The notes under the pieces: generated by a model
Seen by the model: the letters and a program-made list of their open reading frames with translations, nothing else
What the model was told of the DNA's origin: nothing
The model's database searches: none
Shown here: in pieces, positions 17,372 through 28,073 of the stretch
How the letters are laid out: every line of letters begins with the position of its first letter
Numbering within the stretch: the first letter of the stretch is position 1
Program-made: the position numbers and the translations under genes
Assembly: GCA_947624565.1 (NCBI GenBank)
Contig: CANQKX010000004.1
Span: forward strand, 3,273 to 67,272
DNA from: an uncultured Bacilli bacterium
GTDB lineage: Bacteria > Bacillota_I > Bacilli_A > RF39 > UBA660
Direction: 5' to 3'
Length of the DNA stretch: 64,000 nt

Positions 17372-19747
17372 CTATATATTTCTAAGTTTTGCATTTATTT
17401 TCTTTTCAACATCACTTATTATCATATTAAATATTTCAGTTACCTCTTCATCTGTTAAAGTTTTTTTAGTATCATTAAATGTTAAAGAATACGCAATTGA
17501 TTTTTCATTTTTTCCTACATTATCTCCAGTATATACATCAAATACTTCTATATTTGTAAGTAATGATCCTCCTGATTTTTTAATTACCATTTCTATATCT
17601 TTTGACTCTATATTTTTATCAACTATAAAAGCTACATCTTTCTTTATATTTGGAAATTTAGAAATTTCTTTAAATTTCATTTTTCCTACTTTTTTACTTA
17701 ATAACTTATCTAAATTTATTTCCATTACAAAAACTGAATCTTTTACTTCTTTCGGATGCAATTTTCCAACAATTCCAACTATATCGCCATTTACATTTAT
17801 TTCTGATACTTGTCCAGGATGAAATTCATTTGGAATTTTATCTGGCACTACAAAACTATATCTGTTTTCATATCCTAAATAATCTAATAATTCTTCAACT
17901 ATTCCTTTAATTATATAAAAATCAACATTACATTCATTTTCTAATCCTATATAATACTTACCTGTCATAAGAGCTGCTATTTTTTGATCTTCACCATATT
18001 CTCCATTCTTTTTGAAAAATCCTTTTCCTATTTCAAAAATAGATATGTCTTTATTATAGTGAGATTTATTATATTGATAGATTTTAAATAATGAAGGTAT
18101 TACACTATATCTTAAAGTATTATGATCTTCAGTAATTGGATCTAATAATCTTATTTCTTCAAAATCATCCAAAGTATATTTATGAACTTCTTTATCATTA
18201 ATTAAAATATATGTTAATGTTTCATTTAATCCTAAATCCATCATCTTATGCCTTATACTTCTTATAGTATTATCATAATTTGGCATTTTTTCTCCCATTA
18301 CAGGAAGTGTTCCCTTAATATTATCAACGCCATACATTCTACTAACTTCTTCAATTAAATCTTCTTTTATTGATATATCACGTCTTCTACTTGGTACATT
18401 AACTATAGCCTCATCTTCATTTGCTTCATATGTAAATCCAAGTCTTCTAAATACATCTAAAATTTCTTCTTTAGAAATGTTTGAACCTAATACATCATTT
18501 ATATTTTTATATTTTATAGTAATTTTTTTGTCATCTTCTTTTATATTATCATATTTACATATACCTTTTAATATAGTTGCATTTGCATACTTTTCTAAAA
18601 GGTGACATGCTCTTTCAATTGCCATATATGTTCTGTTTGGATCTAAGCCTTTTTCAAATCTATTACTTGCTTCACTTCTAATTATTTTCTTTGATGTTTT
18701 TCTAACTTTAACTCCATCAAATATAGCAGATTCAATTATTATATCTTTTGTTGTTAATTCAACTTCTGTATCAAGTCCACCCATTACACCTGCTAAACCC
18801 ACTGACTTTTCTTTATTTGCAATAACAATATCATTTTCATCTAATATTCTTTCTATATTATCTAAAGTTGTTAGTTTTTCATTATTTTTAGCCATTCTAA
18901 CTACTAATAAATCTCCTAAATTATCTGCATCATAAAAATGAAGTGGTTGACCAAGTTCTAACATTACATAATTACTTATATCAACAACATTATTAATAGG
19001 TCTTATTCCGCATGCCATTAACCTATTTTTTATAAATTCAGGACTTTCTTTAATCTCAACATTCTTTACTTTTTTTGCTAAAAATAGTTTACAATTTTCT
19101 GTTTTTATATCAATTTTAAATTGATCATTTACATCTTCATTTGATTCTTTATGAGATAAATCTACATCTTTTACTTGTTTATCATAAATAGCTCCTAGTT
19201 CATATGCCATTCCTAGTATACTAAGTAAATCTCCTCTATTAGCAGTTAATTCAAAATCAATTATTTCATCATCTAAACCTAAATATTTAATAGGATCTTC
19301 TCCAATAGGTGCATCTTCATTTAATTCTGCAATTCCTTCTTTATCTTCTGGTTTTAAAAATTTGTTATCTAATCCAAGTTCTTCTATAGAACATAACATT
19401 CCATTTGATTCTTGACCACGAATAACTCCTTTTTTTATTTCTCCTTTTGGAAGTATAGCACCTGCAAGTGCTACTATTACTTTTATTCCAACTCTTGCAT
19501 TTGGCGCTCCACAAACTATTTGCAAAACATCACTTTTGATATTTACTTTACATATATGTAAATGATCTGAATCGGGATGATTTATACATTCAACTATTTC
19601 TCCAATAACAAGATTTGTACAATTTATAAATTTTTCAGCAAGATCATATTCATTTCCAACTCTTGTCATATCTTCAGCAATAGTTTTAATATCCAAATTA
19701 TCATCTAAATTGATATAATCTTTTACAAAATTTCTACTTAATATCAT
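17372..19747 (-). CDS. pheT: Phenylalanine--tRNA ligase beta subunit
   Basis: The protein is 791 aa with N-terminal tRNA-binding, B3/B4, B5 and C-terminal FDX-ACB-like domains. It lies immediately downstream of pheS. Confidence 0.9.
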   Translation of the reverse strand: MILSRNFVKDYINLDDNLDIKTIAEDMTRVGNEYDLAEKFINCTNLVIGEIVECINHPDSDHLHICKVNIKSDVLQIVCGAPNARVGIKVIVALAGAILPKGEIKKGVIRGQESNGMLCSIEELGLDNKFLKPEDKEGIAELNEDAPIGEDPIKYLGLDDEIIDFELTANRGDLLSILGMAYELGAIYDKQVKDVDLSHKESNEDVNDQFKIDIKTENCKLFLAKKVKNVEIKESPEFIKNRLMACGIRPINNVVDISNYVMLELGQPLHFYDADNLGDLLVVRMAKNNEKLTTLDNIERILDENDIVIANKEKSVGLAGVMGGLDTEVELTTKDIIIESAIFDGVKVRKTSKKIIRSEASNRFEKGLDPNRTYMAIERACHLLEKYANATILKGICKYDNIKEDDKKITIKYKNINDVLGSNISKEEILDVFRRLGFTYEANEDEAIVNVPSRRRDISIKEDLIEEVSRMYGVDNIKGTLPVMGEKMPNYDNTIRSIRHKMMDLGLNETLTYILINDKEVHKYTLDDFEEIRLLDPITEDHNTLRYSVIPSLFKIYQYNKSHYNKDISIFEIGKGFFKKNGEYGEDQKIAALMTGKYYIGLENECNVDFYIIKGIVEELLDYLGYENRYSFVVPDKIPNEFHPGQVSEINVNGDIVGIVGKLHPKEVKDSVFVMEINLDKLLSKKVGKMKFKEISKFPNIKKDVAFIVDKNIESKDIEMVIKKSGGSLLTNIEVFDVYTGDNVGKNEKSIAYSLTFNDTKKTLTDEEVTEIFNMIISDVEKKINAKLRNI

Positions 19748-19761
19748 ATTTTTACCTCCTT

Positions 19762-20817
19762 TTAATCTATATCTTTTCTATCAAATTGTTTTAAAAATCT
19801 TACATCATTAGTATATAAATATCTCATATCTGGTATTCCATACTTAAACATTGCTAATCTATCAATACCAGTACCAAATGCAAAACCTCCCCAAACTTCT
19901 GGATCATAACCATTCATTCTTAAAACATTTGGATGTACTATTCCAGATCCTAAAACTTCTATCCATCCTGTTTGTTTACATAAATTACATCCTTTACCAC
20001 CACATTTAAAACAAGTGCAGTCAACTTCATAAGAAGGTTCTGTAAAAGGAAAATAACTTGGTCTAAAACGTAATTGAGTATTTTCTCCAAGCATTTTTTT
20101 CATAAATACTTCTAATGTTCCTTTTAAGTCTGCAAGAGAAATTTTATTTTCTTTTTTATCAATTACTAGTCCTTCTACTTGATTAAATTGATGTGAATGA
20201 GTCGCATCATCTTCTCTTCTATATGTCTTACCAATACATATCATTTTAATAGGTTTTGTTCCGCCATATTTTAACATTGTTCTTGCTTGAACTGCAGAAG
20301 TTTGAGCACGCAAAACATATTCATCTGTTATATAGAAAGAATCTTGCATATCTCTTGCAGGATGTCCTTTTGGAAGATTTAATCTTTCAAAGCAAAATTC
20401 ATCTGTTTCAAGTTCAGGGCCTTCTACAACTTCATATCCCATAGAAACAAATAAATCTTCTATCTCCTCTATAGTTCTATTTAAAGGATGTTCACTACCT
20501 CTTACCGTCTTTTTACTTGGAAGTGTTATATCTATTTTTTCACTTTCTAATTTTTTATTTAATTCCTCATCTTCTAATTTTTTCTTTATAGTTTCAAATT
20601 TTTCATTAATATTATTTTTTAATTCATTTAAAAGTTTACCATATTCTTTTTTTTCTTCATTATCTAAATCTTTCATAAAAGATGATAACTGTGATACTGG
20701 ACCATTTTTACTTAAATATTCTATTTTTAATTCATTAAGCATTTTTAAATCATCAACTTTTTCTAATTTTATTGATATTTCTTCATTTAATTGTTTTATT
20801 TTTTCTTCTTTATTCAT
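19762..20817 (-). CDS. pheS: Phenylalanine--tRNA ligase alpha subunit
   Basis: The class II aaRS core shows motif 2/3-like GHPARDMQDSFY...FRPSYFPFTEPS. A T-box leader lies upstream. Confidence 0.9.
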   Translation of the reverse strand: MNKEEKIKQLNEEISIKLEKVDDLKMLNELKIEYLSKNGPVSQLSSFMKDLDNEEKKEYGKLLNELKNNINEKFETIKKKLEDEELNKKLESEKIDITLPSKKTVRGSEHPLNRTIEEIEDLFVSMGYEVVEGPELETDEFCFERLNLPKGHPARDMQDSFYITDEYVLRAQTSAVQARTMLKYGGTKPIKMICIGKTYRREDDATHSHQFNQVEGLVIDKKENKISLADLKGTLEVFMKKMLGENTQLRFRPSYFPFTEPSYEVDCTCFKCGGKGCNLCKQTGWIEVLGSGIVHPNVLRMNGYDPEVWGGFAFGTGIDRLAMFKYGIPDMRYLYTNDVRFLKQFDRKDID

Positions 20818-20833
20818 TTTTATCCTCCTAAAT

Positions 20834-21045
20834 AAAAAAATCCATGATGTAAGGACTAATTATAGCGGTACCACCTTACTTCATAGATTTCTATGCTCTT
20901 AAACTCTTAACGCGAGTATACGTTATAACTTTAATTATACTGCTAAAAGGTGAATTCATATAATAATATTATTAGCTTACACCAAATGCTAACTCTCTTT
21001 AAATATTTAATTATATTACTACTCCTTTATAATCGCTTTGACAAA
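20834..21045 (-). promoter_or_regulatory. T-box riboswitch leader of pheST with intrinsic terminator
   Basis: The minus strand carries the T-box core GGTGGTACCGC (plus-strand 20865-20875). The AGAGA box is the complement of tctctt near 20994. The terminator helix is atgaagtaagg/ccttacatcat followed by a U7 run, then the GGAGG SD and the pheS ATG. Confidence 0.7.
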
Positions 21046-21048
21046 TGT

Positions 21049-21077
21049 ATTATATCAATTAATTTAGTTTTTTGCAA
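21049..21077 (-). promoter_or_regulatory. Sigma-A promoter driving the pheST T-box leader
   Basis: On the minus strand, TTGCAA (-35) is separated by 17 nt from TATAAT (-10, complement of 21049-21054). Confidence 0.5.
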
Positions 21078-21142
21078 GATATATATAAATATTTAATTAA
21101 TTATTAAAATGTGATATAATCAGAGTGTTAGGAGAACATACG

Positions 21143-22051
21143 ATGAAAAAGAAGAAAGAAAAAAAAGTAAAAAAGATTAATAGAAAGAAATTTGATTTTA
21201 ATTCAATATTTGGTGGAATGTTTGTTGGTATTGCTAATATAATTCCTGGTGTATCAGGTGGAACCATGCTTGTTATATTTAACTTATTTGATAAATTAAT
21301 GTATGCGATTAGTGATATATTTAAAAAGAAAACTGATACCAGAAAACAAAGTATATTTTTACTATTAAAAGTATTAATAGGTGCATTTATTGGAGTTATA
21401 ATATTTGCAAAATTATTAGGTATCACATTAAAATATCTAGAAGCAGAAACTATATTTTGCTTTATGGGATTAATATTATTTAGTATACCTATTATTATAA
21501 AACAAGAAATGAAAGGTGAAAAATTTAATATTTTTGCTTTTATAATTGGATTTGCTTTTATTATTTTACTTGAGTATTTACAAAAAAAATATTCTAGCAA
21601 TAATTCAAATGAAACTATGAATATTGTTCACTTTATAAGTTTAATATTATATGGAATTATTGGTGGTGCGACTATGATATTCCCTGGTGTATCTGGTTCA
21701 ATGGTTTTATTAGTACTTGGTAAATATGAAATGATTAGAAGTTATATAGATAAACTTACTAGTTTAGATTTTCAAGCATTTATATCTTTATGTTTCTTTG
21801 GTATAGGTGTAATACTTGGAATTATATTAAGTGCTAAATTAACTAATTATTTACTAAAAAATTACAAAGGTCAAACTGTTAGTGTAATACTTGGATTTAT
21901 AATAGCAAGTGCATTAGTATTACCATTAAATATTGAAAATGCATTTGATATTACTACTTTAAAAACATGTTCAATATTAATAAGTTTTATATTTGGTGGA
22001 ATAATTATATATTATATAAACAGATTACAAGTAAAAAAAGAAAATGCCTAA
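21143..22051 (+). CDS. DUF368-family membrane protein (putative undecaprenyl-phosphate translocase, PopT-like)
   Basis: Two DUF368 half-repeats carry PGVSGG/PGVSGS motifs (IPGVSGGTML, FPGVSGSMVL). There are ~8 TM helices. An AGGAGA SD sits 7 nt before the ATG at 21143, and an extended -10 (tgaTATAAT) at 21112-21120. Confidence 0.7.
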   Translation: MKKKKEKKVKKINRKKFDFNSIFGGMFVGIANIIPGVSGGTMLVIFNLFDKLMYAISDIFKKKTDTRKQSIFLLLKVLIGAFIGVIIFAKLLGITLKYLEAETIFCFMGLILFSIPIIIKQEMKGEKFNIFAFIIGFAFIILLEYLQKKYSSNNSNETMNIVHFISLILYGIIGGATMIFPGVSGSMVLLVLGKYEMIRSYIDKLTSLDFQAFISLCFFGIGVILGIILSAKLTNYLLKNYKGQTVSVILGFIIASALVLPLNIENAFDITTLKTCSILISFIFGGIIIYYINRLQVKKENA

Positions 22052-22065
22052 GGCATTTTTTTATT
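22041..22065. terminator. Bidirectional terminator between the DUF368 gene and polC
   Basis: The hairpin aaaatgcc-taa-ggcatttt is followed by a T-run. Confidence 0.5.
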
Positions 22066-22067
22066 AT

Positions 22068-25000
22068 TTAAAATAAACTAAGTTGACTTGTTTCTGGCAT
22101 ACCATCAAATATACCCATTATACGCATTTTATCTATTAATGTAGCAGATACTTTACATCTTGTTTGAAATTCTTCTATTGATATAAATGGTGATTTATTT
22201 CTTTCTTCTACTATATTATGTGCAACTGTATCACCAAGTCCATCTATTGAATTAAATGGTGGAATTATATCGGTATCATTTATTGCATTATATGTTGTTG
22301 CTTCACTTTTATATAAATCAATATTTAAGAACTTAATACCCCTTGCAGTTGCTTCTAAACATAAATGAAGTGATTCTCTTATTCCTGCATCTTTATTAGT
22401 TGCATCTCTTCCTTTTTCATCAATTTCTATTATTTTTTCTTTAATAGAATCATAACCTTTCATCATTGATATAATATCAACATCAGTTGCTTTACAAGAA
22501 AGCCAAGACGCATAGTAATATACTGGCATATGTACTTTATACCAAGCTATTCTAAATGCACTAGTAACATATGCTGCTGCATGCGCTTTTGGGAACATGT
22601 ATTTTATTTTATAACATGAATCTATATACCAATCAGCAATCCCCGCTTCTTTTAAAATATTTTCATATTCTAACCATTGTTGTTTTTCTTTAGGTTTACT
22701 TGCTTTTCCTTTACGCACAAACTCCATTATTTTAAATGCTGTAATAGGTTTTAATCCATTATACATAAGATAAACCATTATATCATCTCTACATCCTATA
22801 ACTTCACTAAAAGGTACAATATTGTTTCTAATTAATTCTTGAGCATTACCAAGCCAAACATCAGTACCATGTGATAATCCTGATAATTTTATTAAATCAC
22901 CAAATGTAGTTGGTTTTGTATCTTCAACCATTTGAATTGTAAATTTAGTACCAAATTCTGGTATACCTAAAGTTCCTGTATTACACATAATTTGATCACA
23001 TGTTACACCAAGTGGTTCTGGTGATAAGAATATTCCCATAGTTTCTTTATCATCAAGAGGTACTTTAGTTACATCTGTTTTAGTCATATCTTGTATCATT
23101 CTAAGCTGTGTAGGATCTGAGTGACCTAAAATATCTAATTTTAATACATCATCTTCTATTTTATGATAATCAAAGTGAGTAGTTCTCCAAGCAGAATTTA
23201 TATCATCAGCAGGATATTGATATGGTGTAAAATCAAATACATCCATATAATCTGGAATAACTACAATTCCTCCAGGATGTTGTCCTGTTGTTCTTTTAAC
23301 ACCTGTACATTTTTTTGATAATCTTTCTATTTCTACAGATCTTTTACTTATTCCTTTATCTTCAAAATATCCCTTTGTATAACCATAGGCAGTTTTTTCA
23401 GCAACTGTACCAATAGTACCTGCCCTATAAACATTATCTACACCAAATAATACTTTAGTATATTCATGTATTGCTGCTTGATTTAAATCTGAAAAATTAA
23501 GATCTATATCTGGTACTTTATCTGCATTAAATCCAAGAAAAGTAGCAAATGGTATATCTTGTCCATCTTTTAACATATCAGCACTACATTTAGGACACTT
23601 TTTATTTGGTAAATCAAACCCACTTGAATAAATCGCACCAAGTGCTTTACCATCTTCTTCAAATATACTATTTTTACATTTAGGACATCTATAATGGGCA
23701 GGTAATGGATTTACTTCTGTTATTCCCATCATAGTTGCTACAAAAGATGAACCTACTGAACCACGAGATCCAACTAAAAATCCATCATCATTAGATTTCT
23801 TAACTAGTCTTTGAGCAATTAAATATATTGGGTCAAATCCTGCACCTATTACTCCACCTAAACTTTTCTTTAATTTTTTATCAAGTTCATCATCTGTTAA
23901 ATCTTCTTGAGTTGTATCCTTTAAATACTTTCTAACTAAATCTTTTACTTCATCAGAACCTTTTAATATTAGATCATGCAATTTTTTAAAAGAAACCTCT
24001 TTAACTTTTTCTTCACTTAAATTTTTATCTAAATAATATTTTACACTTGTTAAAACTATATCACCATATAACTCTGTCCCAAGTCTTTCTTCTATATTGT
24101 ATGGAAGAGGATTACCATACCAATCTTCTGCTTTTTTATATACTAAATCAGTTACTACTCGTGGACAATCTAAGTAACTTTTTCCATCATCTGCTTTTAC
24201 TCTTGGTGAAAAAGGAACTCCACCAGTTTGAACAATTACATCAAATATATCTACCATATCTAGTATTTTATTAGTATTATCAACTACTATTTCTTTGGCT
24301 AACTCTTTTCCTAAGAAAGAAAAATTTTCAAGCATTTCATTAGTTGTTCTAAAATGCTGTGTAGGAATTTGACCACCTTTACTATTTCTAATTAAAGGAT
24401 GTCTTCCTCTTCCAGGAACATTTTGATTTATAATTATTTCTCTATATATTTTATCTTCCTTTTTCAAATGATGTACATCACCTGTTGCTACTATTATTTT
24501 ACCTGCTTCTTTAGTTACCCTAATAATTTTTTCTATATTTTGTATTAATTGTGCCTCATTTTCAAATACTGCTGGAACTAAATGACAATATTCATCTACT
24601 GGTTGAACTTCTACATAATCATAAAATTTAATTATATTTGCAAGTTCTTCATCACTTTTTGTTGCTGCCTCTTTAAAAACTTCACTTTCATAACAACCAC
24701 TACCAATTAAAAGACCTTTTCTATATTTTTCTATTTCACTTCTAAGTATTCTTGGGGTTTTATATAAATATTTTGTATTTGCATATGAAATTATTTTAAA
24801 TATATTTTTAAGTCCTTCTTTATTTAAAGTTAATATATTAATATCATGTGTTTTACCATATTTATGTATTTCATCTTTTGGTACTAAATTGTTAAGTTCA
24901 CTTACTTTTCTAAAATTTTGATCATATAATTTTTTTAACATTTTAGAAAGTACATATGCAGTCCCTTCAGCATCATAGTTTGCTCTATGATGAGAATCTT

Positions 25001-26717
25001 CATCAAATACTACACCATATCTTTTAGTAATTGCAGAAAGTGAATGTCTTGCTTCACCAGAATCAAGTGCACGAGAAAGTTCAAGTGTATCTATTATTGG
25101 ATTTTTAAATATACCCAAATTATATTTTTGATATGCCATTTCAATAAAAGAAACATCAAACTTAGCATTATGCGCAACCATAGGAACATCATCTGATCCT
25201 ATCCATGAAATGAATTTTTTAACACCTTCTTCTTCATTTATCTTACCCTTAAGCATATCATCAGTTATGTTTGTTATATCTATTATTTTTTTGGAAAGTT
25301 TTCTTTTTGGATCAATAAGTTCATCAAACTCATCAATAATTTCTCCATTACATATTTTAACTGCTCCTATTTCAATTATAGAATCTTCCCCACCTGCATT
25401 AAAACCAGTTGTTTCAAGGTCAAATACTACATAAGTAGTATCTAAAATATTATCATCATTAGGTCTAATTACTATGTCTATATTATCATCAACCATTACA
25501 AGTTCGCAGCCATATATTACTTTAAAAGGTTCTTCACCATCTTTTAATTCTTTATTCATAGATCTAACTAAATTAAATGCATTAGGAAAACTTTGCGCAC
25601 CATCATGATCAGTAATTGCAATTCCTCTATGTCCCCATGATTTTGCCTGTTTTATTAAATCTTCAACTGATACTACACCATCCATTTGACTCATTAAAGT
25701 ATGAGCATGTAATTCTACTCTTTTTTCTTTTTCTGTATCTTCTTCTTTAGTAAATTTACTTTCAATTGGTACTATGTTTTTTGCACTTAATACTAAATCA
25801 CTTGCAAAACTATCATATGAAACTCTACCATTTATCTTATACCAAGAGTTTTCATTTATCTCACTATCTACTCTTTTAAAATCTTCTTCATTTCTGAAAA
25901 ATATTTTTACTAAAAGACTATCTGTTAAATCAGATACTTTTAATGTTATTATCTTAAATACACTTTTACTACTTTCAAATAATTCTTTTCCAAATACATA
26001 TCCTTCAATAGTAACATCATCTATTTCATTTTGTACTTCGCTTATTTTTGATACATCAGAAGTTATATCAAAACCAATAATAGCATTACTATCTGGATCT
26101 TTTTTAGTACTTACCATTTGAACTCTTTCTTTTGGTTTATCTATAATATTTTTATGATTTTCAAAATTTTTAATCGCATCTTGTGCTTCTGTTTTTATAC
26201 TATTTTCTAATTCTTTTTTAATATTATCTTCTTCTATAATTAATTCTACTGATAAAGAAAAATCTTCAAACCCAATTTGTTTAAATTTATTAATTATATC
26301 TTTTAATTTATTATTTATAACATTTTCTTCAGCTTTATTAAATGCCTCAAGTACAAGACCATTTGTTGTAAATTTGATAGTCTTATTTAAAAATATCATA
26401 GATATTGCTTTACCTAATTTTAAACTATCTATTACATATGGGTAATATTCATTTAACTTTGATTTATTTACATTTTTACATTTAATGGTATAAGTAACAG
26501 AATCTAAATTACTAAATGAACTTTCTAAATTATTATCAAAACAAGTAAGAATACTTATTGGTAGTAATTCATTTACTTCAATTATAAAATTCCAATTTAA
26601 TTTATCTTTAGACGAAATTATTTTAAGTATTTTTGCATTAGAAAAATTTTTATAATCTTCATTATTAATATTTATCTTATCTAAAAGTAATTCTAATTTA
26701 CTATCCATTACTACCAC
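22068..26717 (-). CDS. polC: DNA polymerase III PolC-type (Gram-positive replicative polymerase)
   Basis: The PHP domain shows ELHAHTLMSQMDG. The 3'-5' exonuclease DEDD domain shows VVFDLETTG. The polymerase core shows GSRGSVGSS. A zinc finger shows CPKCK...CPKC. The protein is 1549 aa. Confidence 0.9.
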   Translation of the reverse strand: MVVMDSKLELLLDKININNEDYKNFSNAKILKIISSKDKLNWNFIIEVNELLPISILTCFDNNLESSFSNLDSVTYTIKCKNVNKSKLNEYYPYVIDSLKLGKAISMIFLNKTIKFTTNGLVLEAFNKAEENVINNKLKDIINKFKQIGFEDFSLSVELIIEEDNIKKELENSIKTEAQDAIKNFENHKNIIDKPKERVQMVSTKKDPDSNAIIGFDITSDVSKISEVQNEIDDVTIEGYVFGKELFESSKSVFKIITLKVSDLTDSLLVKIFFRNEEDFKRVDSEINENSWYKINGRVSYDSFASDLVLSAKNIVPIESKFTKEEDTEKEKRVELHAHTLMSQMDGVVSVEDLIKQAKSWGHRGIAITDHDGAQSFPNAFNLVRSMNKELKDGEEPFKVIYGCELVMVDDNIDIVIRPNDDNILDTTYVVFDLETTGFNAGGEDSIIEIGAVKICNGEIIDEFDELIDPKRKLSKKIIDITNITDDMLKGKINEEEGVKKFISWIGSDDVPMVAHNAKFDVSFIEMAYQKYNLGIFKNPIIDTLELSRALDSGEARHSLSAITKRYGVVFDEDSHHRANYDAEGTAYVLSKMLKKLYDQNFRKVSELNNLVPKDEIHKYGKTHDINILTLNKEGLKNIFKIISYANTKYLYKTPRILRSEIEKYRKGLLIGSGCYESEVFKEAATKSDEELANIIKFYDYVEVQPVDEYCHLVPAVFENEAQLIQNIEKIIRVTKEAGKIIVATGDVHHLKKEDKIYREIIINQNVPGRGRHPLIRNSKGGQIPTQHFRTTNEMLENFSFLGKELAKEIVVDNTNKILDMVDIFDVIVQTGGVPFSPRVKADDGKSYLDCPRVVTDLVYKKAEDWYGNPLPYNIEERLGTELYGDIVLTSVKYYLDKNLSEEKVKEVSFKKLHDLILKGSDEVKDLVRKYLKDTTQEDLTDDELDKKLKKSLGGVIGAGFDPIYLIAQRLVKKSNDDGFLVGSRGSVGSSFVATMMGITEVNPLPAHYRCPKCKNSIFEEDGKALGAIYSSGFDLPNKKCPKCSADMLKDGQDIPFATFLGFNADKVPDIDLNFSDLNQAAIHEYTKVLFGVDNVYRAGTIGTVAEKTAYGYTKGYFEDKGISKRSVEIERLSKKCTGVKRTTGQHPGGIVVIPDYMDVFDFTPYQYPADDINSAWRTTHFDYHKIEDDVLKLDILGHSDPTQLRMIQDMTKTDVTKVPLDDKETMGIFLSPEPLGVTCDQIMCNTGTLGIPEFGTKFTIQMVEDTKPTTFGDLIKLSGLSHGTDVWLGNAQELIRNNIVPFSEVIGCRDDIMVYLMYNGLKPITAFKIMEFVRKGKASKPKEKQQWLEYENILKEAGIADWYIDSCYKIKYMFPKAHAAAYVTSAFRIAWYKVHMPVYYYASWLSCKATDVDIISMMKGYDSIKEKIIEIDEKGRDATNKDAGIRESLHLCLEATARGIKFLNIDLYKSEATTYNAINDTDIIPPFNSIDGLGDTVAHNIVEERNKSPFISIEEFQTRCKVSATLIDKMRIMGIFDGMPETSQLSLF

Positions 26718-26828
26718 CCTAACTTCAATATAATTATATCAATTTTTTAATTACTAATAAATAAGAAAAAAGAAAAAAATTAATTTTATTTCTTATAGTT
26801 TATGTTCTTTTAAAATAAATATCTTATT

Positions 26829-27734
26829 TTAATTATTATTTTTTACATACTTGTAAATATTTTTAATTAAAGAATTAAGAACAAATTTATCTTCTATAAT
26901 ATTTATAGAAAAAGTCTTACTACCTGCATAATTTATTGATGATCCTAAATGATATAATTTAGTATTATCAATTAGTATATATCTATCATGAAATGTATCA
27001 TTATACATTATTTCTAAATTATTATATTGTTTATTATATTTTTCTATATCTATATTTTTTAATAAACTATTTTTCTTTGTTATCAATATTACTTTTACAT
27101 ATATTTTAGATATCATATCAAGTACACTTTTATCTGCATAATTATCTATTATTATTACTTTTTCTTTACCTTGTTTCATTATTTCTATTATTTTAGAATA
27201 TGCATCATATATTTGACCATTAAAATATATTTCATTTACTTTTTCTTTCTTTTCTAATTTTGAAAAAGATTCTTCTAGTAAATTTATTCTTTCATTATCT
27301 TTTATAACTAAATTATTTATATATTTTTGTTCTATTAAATTACTTGATGTATATTTCCTAAGTTGCACAAATGCATTTATGATTAATATATTTACTTTTG
27401 ATGCTACATCACTTTTTAATAAACCTGATAACATCATAATACCATGTTCTGTAAATACATATGGTAAATATTTAATATTTTTCCCTCTTTGATTACCAGA
27501 TTTGTTCAAGGTAACAAAATGTGACCTTGAATATATTTTATTTAATTCTTCTGTTGTAAGTTGAAAACAAAAATCTAATGGGAATCTATTTATATTTCTT
27601 TTTACTACCTGGTTTATTACCTTAGTTTGTGAATCATACAATTTTGCAACATCACAATCAAGCATTACTTGTTTTCCTCTTATTTCATATATCATACTTT
27701 CTATATCTATTTTATTATCTAAAGTCTCAGTCAT
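26829..27734 (-). CDS. ORF6N-domain protein (antirepressor/KilA-N-like N-terminus fused to an uncharacterised C-terminal domain)
   Basis: The N-terminus, MIYEIRGKQVMLDCDVAKLYDSQTKVINQVVKRNINRFPLDFCFQLTTEE, matches the ORF6N fold by eye. The C-terminal ~200 aa are of unknown family. Confidence 0.5.
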   Translation of the reverse strand: MTETLDNKIDIESMIYEIRGKQVMLDCDVAKLYDSQTKVINQVVKRNINRFPLDFCFQLTTEELNKIYSRSHFVTLNKSGNQRGKNIKYLPYVFTEHGIMMLSGLLKSDVASKVNILIINAFVQLRKYTSSNLIEQKYINNLVIKDNERINLLEESFSKLEKKEKVNEIYFNGQIYDAYSKIIEIMKQGKEKVIIIDNYADKSVLDMISKIYVKVILITKKNSLLKNIDIEKYNKQYNNLEIMYNDTFHDRYILIDNTKLYHLGSSINYAGSKTFSINIIEDKFVLNSLIKNIYKYVKNNN

Positions 27735-27782
27735 AATAAAACCTCCTAAATAAATTATTATCTATTTAGAAGGTATTTTCCC

Positions 27783-28073
27783 CTATTTATAATTCTTTAA
27801 TCTTTGTTTTATTAATAATATTAATTCTATTGGAGCATCTATTTTATTTAATATAATTAAACTAGATTGTAATTTTGTCTTAATAGATACATTATCTTTA
27901 ATATACTCTGCTTGTTTTTTATAATCAAAATCTGATATTTTATATTCATTAACAAAATTTCTTATATTATCTTCTATTTCTTTCAATACATATATCTTTA
28001 AATCATACTCATCCATATCAAGTATTCCATAATAACATTCTACCAAACATTTAAATTGATTTTCTAAACTCAT
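27783..28073 (-). CDS. Hypothetical protein (96 aa), translationally coupled to the ABC-F gene
   Basis: Its ATG overlaps the ABC-F stop (TAATG at 28071-28075). Confidence 0.35.
   Translation of the reverse strand: MSLENQFKCLVECYYGILDMDEYDLKIYVLKEIEDNIRNFVNEYKISDFDYKKQAEYIKDNVSIKTKLQSSLIILNKIDAPIELILLIKQRLKNYK

Noticed and set aside
21097-21600. Minus-strand ORF 21097..21600 (167 aa) opposite the DUF368 gene
   Set aside because: DUF368 motifs (PGVSGG twice) and SD/promoter support the plus strand. The minus-strand product is low-complexity.
24047-26121. Antisense ORFs inside polC (24047..24274, 25210..25434, 25774..26121)
   Set aside because: These are shadow ORFs within a 1549-aa conserved polymerase gene.
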